Source: a phage. Taken from it: DNA of 64,000 nucleotides. The notes under the pieces are model-generated. The model was given only the letters and a program-made list of their open reading frames with translations, did not search any database and was not told the origin of the DNA. Positions 1 through 10,673 of the stretch are shown here, one piece after another; within the stretch, counting starts at the first letter, position 1, and each line of letters begins with the position of its first letter. Position numbers and translations under genes: made by a program. The stretch lies in the sequence record NC_111505.1, one strand, 5' to 3'.

Positions 1-2222
1 CAGTCTCAGTTTTGGACCATAAACGACATCCTCTGGGTGCTCAAAAGAAACATACTTTAAGTAGATTGTTGGGTCACCGTAGGTGCCATCACAAACACTT
101 TTGTGCATGTTTTCGCCAAGATCTAGACGAAGCCCTGTCACCACTTTAGACGTGTCGGTGAATTTGTCTGTTAAATCAAATTCATACCACCACCATCCAC
201 CACCAAGCATAAATTTCTTGCATCGAGCATTGTCTGTATCAGATATTCTCTTATCCCCTGCAAAAGGTGAATCAGCAAACTGATAATGCAGAGCAGTCTC
301 GAATAAATGTGTTGAGGTTCCGTTTTCTGCAAGAACTTGCTTACCTATTAAGTCGCACTTAATGATCATCACAACACGTTTGTACCCGTTTGTTACTGGA
401 ACTTGCATAGACATGGATGTCCCATCCATGTTTGATCTCAGCACGGTCATGACGATATAAGGGTCAACGGCATTGCCCAGAGTTTCAGGACCAGGGATTA
501 TCTTGTACTTCTTAACCTGCCCCATAAACCTGTCACTGGCGTAAGTTGCAGCCTCGAAGCAAGATCCTCCATTAGGTAGTTCGCCAGGACCCCAGAAAAA
601 TGCGCCATAACAGTTATAAAACCACTTGTTAGGATCGTATTTGTTCTTGAAGGTCTGAACCTCGTTAGCCTGTTTTGTCAAGAAAACCTGAGTATCTGTG
701 AAGATTGCAGGATTCACTCTTGCCTGTCGATCAGCATATCCAGGTTGGTTAAACCACTGATTGCAAGAATAGTCCCGCATATAGTCATAATCAGAGTATT
801 TATTGTTTGCATCCTCGTTCCAACACATATTAAGGTTGGTGCCGCCCATGCACACAATATATTCTTCAACGTATTTATCACTTCGGGTGGGAATACCTAC
901 GAACCATCTATTAACAGGTTCGTTCCAAGCAGTACGCTCATCCTTAACGCAGATTGCAATCCAGTCATGTGTCCCTGTTTTCTTGCACACATCGCGCTTC
1001 ATACCGTAGTAGAATTCTTTAGTATTTGGCTCAGGTGCACTTATCAGGTAACTCCACGCCTGGTCTGCATATGTTCCGTTGGTGCGAGGGTCATGATCAA
1101 AGGCATACATGATGATTCTTTCTCCACCAAGATGTTCACCAAGGGTGACTTTGATGTTCACATCCCCGTAACCGTTGCGAACAACATCCATATTATCAAT
1201 AGAAATGCCTCTAGGAGTGTAGGCAATTTTCAGTGAGTTATCCTCACTAGTGCCACCAAGGGTGATCCCAATATTGTTTGTCGTCCCGTCAGCATATCTT
1301 ACTGTAGCTTCCCAGCGTATTCCGAAATATCCTACGTCATGGCTGACAATTTTTAATGTACGAGCACCAGAGTTAGGTTTTCCAGGATCAGGCCAAGGGT
1401 TTGGGTGTTCGTGAACCGTCAACGATGTCCCGTTTTGTTCGTTGACCTGCAACATTTTACCACCCCTTCCGTTTGGGTTGAACTCCCATAGGGCCTGTGT
1501 CTGCACCAAGTTATCATAGGTATTCCGTCGCTGACTATAAATCTCTTGGGTAACATCATAAGTTACTGATCCAGCATCCATTCTATGGAGTCTGACCATA
1601 TACGATGTATCCCCTTCTACTGCAGGCTGGGCCGCATTTAGTCCAAAGTATACAGTGTCATTAACATGGAACTGTTTGTTTCTACCGGCAGTATGCCATT
1701 TACCATCAGACGGATACGCCGGAACAATAGTGTTCCAGTTCAAAGTCCTTGTTGTGTGGGTCCTGCCTGTGCCATGTTTGTCATGATAGGTTATTTTTAC
1801 AGAGTACAGACCACGTCTGTTAACATTCCTGTTATACTGGGTAACAATAACTTCGTTGGCCCCACCGTGGTTCCAGTTAGTAGAGAATTGGTAATTCGCA
1901 TCTGTAACAACCGTGCCTGCAGCATTTACCAGTTCAATCTTGTCAATAATGAACGTAGCACCCTCTGGCTGAGGCTTTAATTTCATCTTGACCGTATCAC
2001 CAATGTAAATATTGCTAACGCTGCTAACACCGTTAACGTCGAAAATATCATCAACACCCCAACTGTCTACTGGGACATTTTTATACCAATTCTCAGGGAC
2101 CTCCGTGAACCCTTGGCTATTAAGTCTGCCGCCAAACAGGTTATTAGATCCTGCAAAACTTCCCCTCGGGATGCCTGACCACCAAAGTTTGCCATTAACA
2201 ACAGTAAAGGTTCCTAAAAAAA
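1..2222 (-). CDS. tail fiber/tailspike protein, distal portion, truncated by window start; +1 frame relative to ORF 2195-3409 and probably the same gene
   Basis: My translation of the minus strand is stop-free from the A7 tract (2216-2222) down to position 1 (...GTFTVVNGKLWWSGIPRGSFAGSNN...MKLKPQPEGATFIIDKIELVNAAG...). Absent from the ORF track because no stop lies inside the window. First in-frame ATG is at 1984-1986. Confidence 0.55.
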
Positions 2223-3409
2223 CCTTCTCTGTGAATGCCTTGGAAATAAACACTTTCTGTCCAGCTAACTGGGAGGCGTTGCTCAACGTATTTGGCTGTG
2301 GCAAGAGCTTGATAGTGGATAAAATTGGCCCTAGGGCTATTGTTTGCAGATTGTGCGCCAATATCATTGCAAAGGTTGCGAGAGAATCCACGGTACTGCT
2401 TAGTACCATTGTTGAAGAAAATGCCACTTGTGCCGTACCCACGAGCCATTATTACCTCATGGGTGTAGGTGATATTCAAGGCACGCCATGTATCATCTCC
2501 CCAAACATCTTGCCCGTAGAATACGTTAACAAGTTGCTGGTCATCAGGTCTGTGCATTCTTTGTGTTACAACCACTGCCCCGTTCGGACCGCACATGAAC
2601 CCTTTCCACTCCTCATCTGTAGGAATGCCCCTCAAATCGTCACGGGTAATCTGAGCGGGGGGCCAAACGAGAGTGTTTCTACTATTGTTTCTCAGAAAGT
2701 CATATCCAGCAATCCAGAAACCTCTAGGACCACCGAAAATAACAGAGTTATCATGCACCTCACAGTTAATGCTTGGGTTTTTCCAAGGACCTGTTTCAGG
2801 ATTTTCCGATGTTTCACCAATCTTTACAGGGGTTGCATGCTGGTTTTTATCCACATGCAAAGACCCGTAGGTGTTGTTACCAGATCCGTACAAGTGTAAA
2901 ATGCCAGTGCCTTCTGCCTCTGCCATAACCCAGACGGTGTTGTTAATACCACCCATCACCTCAACAAGGCGCTCTGGGTGGGTGTCAAGGTGCAATCCTT
3001 TAACGATTTGTTCAGGAAGAGGTGTCCACTCCCTTACACAAACATCATTACCGCCTGCAGCATCAGACCCAATAAGCCCTGCAGTACAGCCGATGTAGAA
3101 AAACTGATTATCAAAAGTTCGGATCACAAACGCACGGTCTGCTCTCCACACATGATCAACGTTCCAGGCAGCCTCATTAGGGTAGTTTATCGTGTCAAGA
3201 TCCCCAGTCCTACACTCCCCGAACCTGTTGTACCCTGTGATATTAAGCTGACCATTGTCAAAAAGTATAGCTAAGCTATTTACATAGGCTACTGTAGTGC
3301 TTGTACCGTCACTGTTGTCTATTGGGTATGACAGAACAGCAAGTTCCTTAACTCCACCCCTCTTATCGAGGAAATGACGACCAAGTTTTAGCAAAGGGAT
3401 TGGAAGCAT
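2195..3409 (-). CDS. tail fiber/tailspike protein, N-terminal portion (404 aa), ends at stop just after an A7/T7 homopolymer
   Basis: ORF track 2195..3409; protein-like composition; ATG at 3407-3409; lies in a run of fiber genes. Confidence 0.55.
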   Translation of the reverse strand: MLPIPLLKLGRHFLDKRGGVKELAVLSYPIDNSDGTSTTVAYVNSLAILFDNGQLNITGYNRFGECRTGDLDTINYPNEAAWNVDHVWRADRAFVIRTFDNQFFYIGCTAGLIGSDAAGGNDVCVREWTPLPEQIVKGLHLDTHPERLVEVMGGINNTVWVMAEAEGTGILHLYGSGNNTYGSLHVDKNQHATPVKIGETSENPETGPWKNPSINCEVHDNSVIFGGPRGFWIAGYDFLRNNSRNTLVWPPAQITRDDLRGIPTDEEWKGFMCGPNGAVVVTQRMHRPDDQQLVNVFYGQDVWGDDTWRALNITYTHEVIMARGYGTSGIFFNNGTKQYRGFSRNLCNDIGAQSANNSPRANFIHYQALATAKYVEQRLPVSWTESVYFQGIHREGFFRNLYCC

Positions 3410-3457
3410 TGTGTTCTCCAGATAAGAAAACCGCCCCGTCAGGAGCGGTCAGATATA

Positions 3458-5203
3458 TTAACGTTGTGCAATAACCACATCCACAATATCACCAACACCA
3501 CAATATGTCAATTGTAGCAAGGTAACGCTGTTGGCTTTGTTGTTAATGACAGGGGTAGCCGACAGTATGGCATATTTATCGTGCAAAGTCACGTTGTGGC
3601 CTACAGCATCTTGAATGACATAGATGATTGCAGTAAACGGGTAAGGTTTATCTTCAGCCGATGTTCCAGGCCATTGGCCTATTGTAAAATCCCCTTTCGC
3701 GTGGACAACATACATACTGGCCTGCCCGTTAGGTGTCCATGTCCCACTCGATGCTTCAACCTCCTCTAAGTCAAAGTCTACTTTTCCTGCGTGGAAAGTA
3801 GGGGCAGTGATGGTTTTACCAGCCTCAATTCCTTGAGAGGTGGTTATCTTACCGCTGGAGTTAATACCATTACAAACAAAGTTGACATTAGAGAAGTCTG
3901 GTAGCCACCCAGTCACTGTGCCGGATATTTCAAGGTTATGAAGGCGTGTTGTTCCTGTGCCGTTGTCATTTAAGCTAACATCGCCATTTACCTGCAAGTT
4001 CCTGGTAACGTTGCAGTTTTCAGAGTTTGCAGTCGTTGCAGTTAAAGTAGTGGTTGTCAGCTCGGTAATTACACCTTTGTTGGCTGTAAGTCCCTCTCCT
4101 TCAAAAGTTGCACGCTCATTGACTCTTAGGGTATTCAGAGATATGTTTTGGATAGATGCTGTACCTCGAATAACTACAGATCCGCCAACCTCTAAATCGC
4201 CATTGATCAGTGCATCCCCCGTGCTTTCAATATAGCTAGGGTAGATCATGGTGCCATCTACAGAGTAGGTTATCCCTGTAACGGTACCTGTCACCTCAAG
4301 GTTCTTAACCCTGGTGGTCCCAGCAACCTGTAATGTTGGTTCGGTTGCTGCCTTCATGGCATTACCACGGATGTACACGTAGTCAAAAAAGTTATTACCC
4401 AGACCATCAAAATGTACATCGTTATTATTAGCCACCGGTTTCCCAGAAGTTATAGTGTCAGCTATAACCCTGTGGGTGGACACTTCATGGGGTTGCAGCT
4501 CTGTACTTCTCCAGTCTGCATGCTTAGGATCGCTCCACGCAAAAGTAAGTGTAGAAGTATTTGCCGTGAGGATTAGATTCCTAAAGCGTGCAGTAGAATC
4601 TGCTCCATTAACAGGCCCATGTAAGGTGAGTGTGCCCCCAACTATGGTGTTAGCAAGTTCTGTAAGACCTTTTACCACCAAAGACCCTACAGTAACCTTC
4701 ATCCCCTCCATAGCTTTAAATATGCTATCCACATAGTCCACAACAAACTCTGTGTTTGCTATAGACTCGGACTTATCGTCCATTGGAGGTGTAGGTACTC
4801 GCGGGTCACCTTCGAATCTTGGGCTGTTAAGTTTTGCGTAGTATTTTGCCATTACTGCAGAATCGGTATATAATCTCCAGTTCGGAGATTGTGAAGGATC
4901 TGCTGGCATCCTAACCGGGTTAGATTTTGATGCTGCTGGGGCGTACCACCACTGAGGGCCTGTATCCCCTTTAAACTCATACAACTGGTTAAAAACTGTT
5001 GTGGATGCACCATACGCCCAAGGGATTGGTGGCGTTTTAAAATAAAGGGTGTCAAGCATGGCTTTTCGTACCGTAGGGATGGTGGTCCCATCCTCTACGA
5101 CAACTTCATCCACAGCGTTACCGTTGACAATCAGGTGCAAACGTTCAGAATCAACAATTACTTGATCTACCGCCTGCTCAAAGCTTGTCATGTCTTGCGC
5201 CAT
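3458..5203 (-). CDS. tail fiber protein (581 aa)
   Basis: ORF track; Thr/Gly/Asn/Val-rich beta-type composition typical of fibers; position in fiber cluster. Confidence 0.55.
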   Translation of the reverse strand: MAQDMTSFEQAVDQVIVDSERLHLIVNGNAVDEVVVEDGTTIPTVRKAMLDTLYFKTPPIPWAYGASTTVFNQLYEFKGDTGPQWWYAPAASKSNPVRMPADPSQSPNWRLYTDSAVMAKYYAKLNSPRFEGDPRVPTPPMDDKSESIANTEFVVDYVDSIFKAMEGMKVTVGSLVVKGLTELANTIVGGTLTLHGPVNGADSTARFRNLILTANTSTLTFAWSDPKHADWRSTELQPHEVSTHRVIADTITSGKPVANNNDVHFDGLGNNFFDYVYIRGNAMKAATEPTLQVAGTTRVKNLEVTGTVTGITYSVDGTMIYPSYIESTGDALINGDLEVGGSVVIRGTASIQNISLNTLRVNERATFEGEGLTANKGVITELTTTTLTATTANSENCNVTRNLQVNGDVSLNDNGTGTTRLHNLEISGTVTGWLPDFSNVNFVCNGINSSGKITTSQGIEAGKTITAPTFHAGKVDFDLEEVEASSGTWTPNGQASMYVVHAKGDFTIGQWPGTSAEDKPYPFTAIIYVIQDAVGHNVTLHDKYAILSATPVINNKANSVTLLQLTYCGVGDIVDVVIAQR

Positions 5204-5212
5204 GATTTCTCC

Positions 5213-5479
5213 TTAAGCTTTTTGCTCTTCGTTTTTAACGTGGTCAGGGTGCTGGCAACCCCACCGGAGCGAGATGAATTTGCTAATAAGCTGGGGGCAA
5301 GCTACTGAAGGTGCGTATATCCACGCATACCATTCAGGAAGCGTATCATTGTACCCCATATGAATAAACACCCCAGTCATCACTGCCATGCCTATGTTTG
5401 ACCATAGCTTAGATTGGGACACTTTTGTAGGGTCATCAGATGCTGCAACCAGTCCCCATAAAAACTGAGTTAATTTCAT
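5213..5479 (-). CDS. hypothetical small protein (88 aa)
   Basis: ORF track; tightly packed between fiber genes on the same strand. Confidence 0.3.
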   Translation of the reverse strand: MKLTQFLWGLVAASDDPTKVSQSKLWSNIGMAVMTGVFIHMGYNDTLPEWYAWIYAPSVACPQLISKFISLRWGCQHPDHVKNEEQKA

Positions 5480-5488
5480 TTACCCTCT

Positions 5489-6535
5489 TTAAGCATAAGA
5501 TATGGTGATCCATTGACCGTTTACAAATTTTTGAATAGCTCCAGTCCAATAGTCTCCCTGATACGGGTGTTTATATGCGTAATTGCCGGAGCACATTACA
5601 TGCCCGGGGTATACTCTTGACTCTCTGTAGGTGGTTCTGAAACGGTTTGCTATCCTTACATCTTCAACACCCCTACTAGGCATAGGGATAGTAAGGTTAC
5701 CACTACTGTCTGCGCTACTACCATTTACCCTGCGGACCACGTTTCTTCCACCAACTGTTGCATATTGACCTCTGGCGGTTTTATCGTTACAATCTACTCT
5801 TCCACCTATTTGAGCGCTGCCGCAGGATTGTTGCCCATTAACAGTGGATCTGGGTATCGTTACCGCATTAGCATTTGCAGAGGAGCTTTTTGCATCATTG
5901 CATTCAAGATTTCCTTGGATAGCCAGTCTTGCACGGTTGGCAGTTATAGCATTGAGCTTCATAGCCGAAAACACAGGCTGCCCACCAGAAGGTTGAAATC
6001 TCCAACGGAAACCGTCTATTTGGTGAGAGGGATCATCAAGGTCTGTGCCGTCAGCACCACCGATGTTGTCCATAATCCAGAAATCCATCATCGTCTTGTC
6101 TGGAGTTATGGTGGTGTATATCGCCGCACTATCTGTTGACGCGGATGCAAACTCGATTCTTTGAAGACCTAAAGTTTGAGTCTGGATCATTGTGTCTCCA
6201 GCCTTGTCAACATAAAGGTCATCCATTTCTTCAGGCGAGTATACATTAAGAACTTGACGTGCAGCAGCTTTGTCTGGAACGTCTGCCAGATTATTAGTGA
6301 CCCTTAAGAATCTATTATCCCATCCTGGGACAACATCTTCTGTTAAATGCTTTAACCACGCAGAGAGCATATTAAGTTCAAAGTTAACAACTTCACATGC
6401 CACTCTTTGTGTCATATCCCAACCTTTCAATCTCTCTTCTTTTTTTGGTTGGGACTTATTCAATTCTCCCGTATTTTCAAGCACAACATCCTGATTGGCC
6501 CAAATATCAAGAGGGATAACTGGTTTAGTCATCAC
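5489..6535 (-). CDS. tail fiber protein, paralog of 7548-8588
   Basis: N-terminus (PLDIWANQDVVLENTG...KGWDM...NFELNMLSAWLKH) parallels that of ORF 7548-8588 (FPLEIWAEEDQVLPNT...KGWDL...NYIFNMLGTWAKY); C-termini diverge. Confidence 0.55.
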   Translation of the reverse strand: MMTKPVIPLDIWANQDVVLENTGELNKSQPKKEERLKGWDMTQRVACEVVNFELNMLSAWLKHLTEDVVPGWDNRFLRVTNNLADVPDKAAARQVLNVYSPEEMDDLYVDKAGDTMIQTQTLGLQRIEFASASTDSAAIYTTITPDKTMMDFWIMDNIGGADGTDLDDPSHQIDGFRWRFQPSGGQPVFSAMKLNAITANRARLAIQGNLECNDAKSSSANANAVTIPRSTVNGQQSCGSAQIGGRVDCNDKTARGQYATVGGRNVVRRVNGSSADSSGNLTIPMPSRGVEDVRIANRFRTTYRESRVYPGHVMCSGNYAYKHPYQGDYWTGAIQKFVNGQWITISYA

Positions 6536-6622
6536 GTTCTCCTGAGAAAATTCCTTAAGGACTATTTTAACACTTTAGAGAACAAAATGCAAGAACGGCA
6601 TCCTTGCCGTTCTGACCTTTGT

Positions 6623-6937
6623 TTACCTTTTACTATGCTCTACAAGCATGTGTAAAATCTTTTGCACATCGGCTCTGATACCGGAGACATCTGTCCTGAC
6701 ATCTTGCTTAAGGTCGTTAATATCGGCCTCTAGCTTACTTAACCGGGTCTCAATAATGGAATCAAGTCTATCTTTTGTAACCATGCTATTTTTCACTAAA
6801 ATGAGGTCTTTCTCCAGCTCATCCAGCCTCTTGGAAATGCCTTTCCATTTGGTGTGCCACTGGTTGAAAGCCCATACACAGATCGGGACAACGGTACCCA
6901 TGCAGATACCGTACAGTGCCGCCAAATCCAACTCCAC
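6623..6937 (-). CDS. hypothetical protein with N-terminal hydrophobic segment and coiled coil (104 aa)
   Basis: ORF track; hydrophobic N-terminus then heptad-like charged region. Confidence 0.3.
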   Translation of the reverse strand: MELDLAALYGICMGTVVPICVWAFNQWHTKWKGISKRLDELEKDLILVKNSMVTKDRLDSIIETRLSKLEADINDLKQDVRTDVSGIRADVQKILHMLVEHSKR

Positions 6938-6948
6938 AACACCTCCTC

Positions 6949-7533
6949 TTAGAGGGTAGGTCGTTCCGGGAAGAAAATGTCAGGGGCTTTAGATGTATCT
7001 ATGTCAAGAAGTTTTACCCTGTACATTTTCAAATCTCTGATGTTGCGTTTTTGGTCATCAGTGAGATCGTATTCAAGGTCAATCATGTCTTGATAGGCAC
7101 CAATTCTAGCAGTAGCCCAAGCAAGTTCTGTCTCTATGACACCCTCTGCCTGTTGAACAAAGAATTCATTGTCTGTGACAAATTCATCACCAACTAAACG
7201 CAAAGCGTCGTGGTGGAGCATAATGTTTTCTGGTACCTCTTCTTTTTTGGCGATAACCACACGAAGACCTGGAGCAGGCCACAAGGCATCGGGTTCTTCT
7301 GTAGATGTCTTAAGAATACCCTTCTCGTCAACAAGTAGGAAGATACAACCCGGATTTTCTTGTCGTAATGTTCGTGATTGCACATACCAATCGCCATCAT
7401 CATTACGTAAAAAATATCCAGTGTATGCCGTATAATCCTCAACCTCCTGAGGAGTCAGCTCCTTGGTACCTTTGTTGGTGTGGTATTCGCCAGATCCCGG
7501 TTGGTAAAGCTTAAACTCTTGAAGTATTTTCAT
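6949..7533 (-). CDS. tail fiber assembly protein (Tfa-like chaperone)
   Basis: 194 aa, directly downstream of a fiber gene; C-terminal ...YRVKLLDIDTSKAPDIFFPERPTL resembles the conserved Tfa C-terminal motif. Confidence 0.55.
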   Translation of the reverse strand: MKILQEFKLYQPGSGEYHTNKGTKELTPQEVEDYTAYTGYFLRNDDGDWYVQSRTLRQENPGCIFLLVDEKGILKTSTEEPDALWPAPGLRVVIAKKEEVPENIMLHHDALRLVGDEFVTDNEFFVQQAEGVIETELAWATARIGAYQDMIDLEYDLTDDQKRNIRDLKMYRVKLLDIDTSKAPDIFFPERPTL

Positions 7534-7547
7534 GCTAGTCCTCCGAT

Positions 7548-8588
7548 CTACGCATAATTAACAGTGATCCATTGACCATTTACAAGTTTCTGTAAAGGCC
7601 CTGCCCAGTAGGTTGAACCACGCATCTCTTTTTTATCACCAAAATGCCAACCTGTGACAACGTAGCCGTTGCGAACTGGAGATTCAGAAACACCATCAAC
7701 AAGTCTTGCGCCGATTCTGATATCCTGTACACCTGTCTGCGGGATGGTGATCGTTACATCTCCGTTGCCGTTAGCCGTCACTCCATTCACAGAGCGCACC
7801 ACATTTCTGTTACCGACAACACAATGCTGGCTTCTTACAACCATACTGTCACAACTTGCACCTCCATTGACATATACTGACCCAGCCGTCAACTGACTAG
7901 CTACATTGCAGTTGGTGAATGTTGCTGCGCTGCTAATGGTGAGGCTATTACATCGCATGTTATCAACAACTTCAACATTGCCCACCACTTTCAACAACGC
8001 ACGATTAGCCGTGATCGCGTTCAGGTACATCAGGGTGAACTCTGGGTTAATGTCCGGCTGAGTTGGCTGGAATCTCCAACGGAACGCATCTACTGTGGAG
8101 GTGCCGCCATCATCAAACGCCCCAACATTATCACTTAACCCAAAGTCGAGAGTTGTCTTATCTGGGCCAATAGTTGTCTCTATCCAAGCCTTATCTGTAT
8201 CGGCAGCTTTAAAGTTGATACGTTGCAAACCCAATGGGCCTGTCATTGTATCACCTGTAACTTTCACATACCTGGCGTCTGCCTCTTCCTTAGTAATAAT
8301 ACCAAGGTTTCTACGGGCAACAGGGATGTTCAAAAGATCACTCAAGTTATTATCACGTACCAGATAACGGCCTTCTTGAGCGGGGATCTGCTCGTCAGCA
8401 ATGTATTTTGCCCAAGTCCCGAGCATATTGAAAATATAGTTAAGTTCTTCACAAGATGGCTTTTGACCAAGATCCCAACCTTTTCTCCACAAATCATCAA
8501 TCGGGCGTAGCCTGTTCTGTCTGTGGGTGTTAGGCAGAACCTGATCCTCCTCTGCCCAAATCTCTAATGGAAAACTAGGTTTTGACAT
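7548..8588 (-). CDS. tail fiber protein, paralog of 5489-6535
   Basis: Shared N-terminal domain with ORF 5489-6535; followed by the Tfa-like gene. Confidence 0.55.
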   Translation of the reverse strand: MSKPSFPLEIWAEEDQVLPNTHRQNRLRPIDDLWRKGWDLGQKPSCEELNYIFNMLGTWAKYIADEQIPAQEGRYLVRDNNLSDLLNIPVARRNLGIITKEEADARYVKVTGDTMTGPLGLQRINFKAADTDKAWIETTIGPDKTTLDFGLSDNVGAFDDGGTSTVDAFRWRFQPTQPDINPEFTLMYLNAITANRALLKVVGNVEVVDNMRCNSLTISSAATFTNCNVASQLTAGSVYVNGGASCDSMVVRSQHCVVGNRNVVRSVNGVTANGNGDVTITIPQTGVQDIRIGARLVDGVSESPVRNGYVVTGWHFGDKKEMRGSTYWAGPLQKLVNGQWITVNYA

Positions 8589-8600
8589 TTTATCTCCTGA

Positions 8601-10673
8601 TTATGAGAAGTCTGGCGGGACAACATCTTCTACATACCCTTTCAGAGCAACCTGCCCCATATGAAGCACGGTAGAATCTCTGGCGGTAACAGTGATGCTG
8701 TCAGACATTACTTGCGGGTATGCCCACACATACTGTTTTACCTCAGGGTATCTATACTCTATGGTTGCCATGTTTCCGCAAATACATCTCCATAAAAATT
8801 CTTGGTAATTCCTGGTTGGGTCGTAGCCATATACCGGAGCAAGCTCTTTGCTAGGAACGAACCCTGCAAGGTATTGTATTTCAGACGGTTGCCAACCTAA
8901 CTTAACGATAGGTATGTTTACAGACTCTTTTGCCTTTTCAATACCACCCTGCATCACCCAATCGTAGCACTCAGTGCAGAAGAAATCAAGAGCACCTGCT
9001 TCCTTTTTATATTGGTCAGCAAGGTTCAGCTTTTGCGTAAGCTCGGTTTCCATAATGGTCGGGAAAAACAGCAAAGCTGTCATCTGAGCCGATGCAGCGT
9101 GTGCTTTTATTGCCTTTGAAATAGCTGCAATACGAGCGCCAAGCTTACCACGACAAAATGCTACATACTTGTCATAAACACCGCCAGTTTTAGGATCGTC
9201 AATAGTCCCAATGTCTAGGGCATATTCACCAGTCTCATCATAAAACGCCTGTTTTGTAGGGTAGTCATAAATACAAGGTCTACGAGTATCGGTATTGTAC
9301 CACCACCACGGTTCACCAACCTGCATAATCACTGGCAGGTTGTTTCTCATAGCGGCTGATGCAAAATTCTTAAATACTGCAGTAAGGAAATTCATACCCT
9401 CTTCAATGGTTGGAGACAGGAGGTAACTACAAGGTGTATATCCTGTTTTAGCGTAGTTATCGTTCCAGTCTCTTTGGGTCCATTCCAACGGACAGGCATC
9501 GCTGAAAAGCTCAAAGCTTACAGACTGCATAACGTCGAAGTCATGTCGTTTGGCATTGTACATAAAGTCATCATGCCATTTATAAGCTGCAGCGTTTAGA
9601 GCCCCTGTTCTGTTTATAGACCATTGAGTTCCGGACCATGTGTAATCATAATAATGGCTCATACCAACATAATGGTTTATGGTTCCGGTATAGCCTAGAC
9701 GCTTGATATTGCTCAACACCCTTAAAGGAGATACGTTCCACATATCGTCATATGCTGTGCAGATCCCAACGTCGTGCTCTTTCACCTGGATATTGTTAAG
9801 TTGCATCATCTTCCAGCCTGTGTCCGGCTGAAGCAGATCTAGACGCAACTCGCACTCTACATTTTCCGTTCTTGGGTCTGTGCTATTACTTACCCAATCT
9901 TTAGGCATAAGTGGTATTAAAATCCTTCTCACCTGCCGAGGATCAACACCCATCATGTTGTTGTTCTGGTCCATCCCGACGCAGTCCTCGAAATCAATAT
10001 GAATTTCTGCAACATTCTTATCCTCTGAGATGCTGACAGCATATTGAGCTAAAGGAACATAGATGATTGTGCCGTCAACAAGGTCTACAGTCATAATCAT
10101 CTTTTCAGGGGTGGAGAAGTTGCTGGCATTAGTTATTGACATTCTGAACCAAAGCTTGGTGTTTCTCATCTCATAGTGATCATCAAATCCAATGCCGAAA
10201 TGGTCATACTTGTCAACTGTTTCCCAAATGCACCCAGCCATGCCGCCATATGTTCTTGACACTAAACGGTTAATACAGCAGTTATTATCCGCAACAATAC
10301 AGGTGCTTTCAGTTTGCTGTGTGGTTGTAACCCAATATCTTGGGTGAAACATTCTCTCCTCAACGGTATCCCAAGATATTCTGTCAAGATTCTCATCTGA
10401 AACTATTGTACATTTCGCTCTTTGTGTTCCAATCATAACCCCTTGGGAGTTTGATGAAAACTCCATAAAGAAGCTTCTTGGCAACCTGTTTGGCAATTTG
10501 TCAACAATTTCTACAGGGATCTCAATACTGGTTGCCCCAACCGGGATAGTTACATCTCCCTCAACATGATCATAATCTCTACCTGGAACTGCAGTATCCT
10601 GAACTGTGCGGTAATGAAACCGTGCAGCCATCGTAGAGTAATCACGGTAAGGTTTAAAAACAGCTGTTGCCAT
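8601..10673 (-). CDS. large tail/baseplate-associated structural protein (690 aa)
   Basis: ORF track; position between baseplate-like genes and fibers; no motif recognised. Confidence 0.4.
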   Translation of the reverse strand: MATAVFKPYRDYSTMAARFHYRTVQDTAVPGRDYDHVEGDVTIPVGATSIEIPVEIVDKLPNRLPRSFFMEFSSNSQGVMIGTQRAKCTIVSDENLDRISWDTVEERMFHPRYWVTTTQQTESTCIVADNNCCINRLVSRTYGGMAGCIWETVDKYDHFGIGFDDHYEMRNTKLWFRMSITNASNFSTPEKMIMTVDLVDGTIIYVPLAQYAVSISEDKNVAEIHIDFEDCVGMDQNNNMMGVDPRQVRRILIPLMPKDWVSNSTDPRTENVECELRLDLLQPDTGWKMMQLNNIQVKEHDVGICTAYDDMWNVSPLRVLSNIKRLGYTGTINHYVGMSHYYDYTWSGTQWSINRTGALNAAAYKWHDDFMYNAKRHDFDVMQSVSFELFSDACPLEWTQRDWNDNYAKTGYTPCSYLLSPTIEEGMNFLTAVFKNFASAAMRNNLPVIMQVGEPWWWYNTDTRRPCIYDYPTKQAFYDETGEYALDIGTIDDPKTGGVYDKYVAFCRGKLGARIAAISKAIKAHAASAQMTALLFFPTIMETELTQKLNLADQYKKEAGALDFFCTECYDWVMQGGIEKAKESVNIPIVKLGWQPSEIQYLAGFVPSKELAPVYGYDPTRNYQEFLWRCICGNMATIEYRYPEVKQYVWAYPQVMSDSITVTARDSTVLHMGQVALKGYVEDVVPPDFS

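Noticed and set aside
745-3274. Plus-strand ORFs in the six-frame track (745-1236, 1666-1980, 2012-2899, 2978-3274 and others)
   Set aside because: They lie antisense to a long, stop-free minus-strand fiber reading frame, have odd composition and lack RBS context; treated as shadow ORFs.
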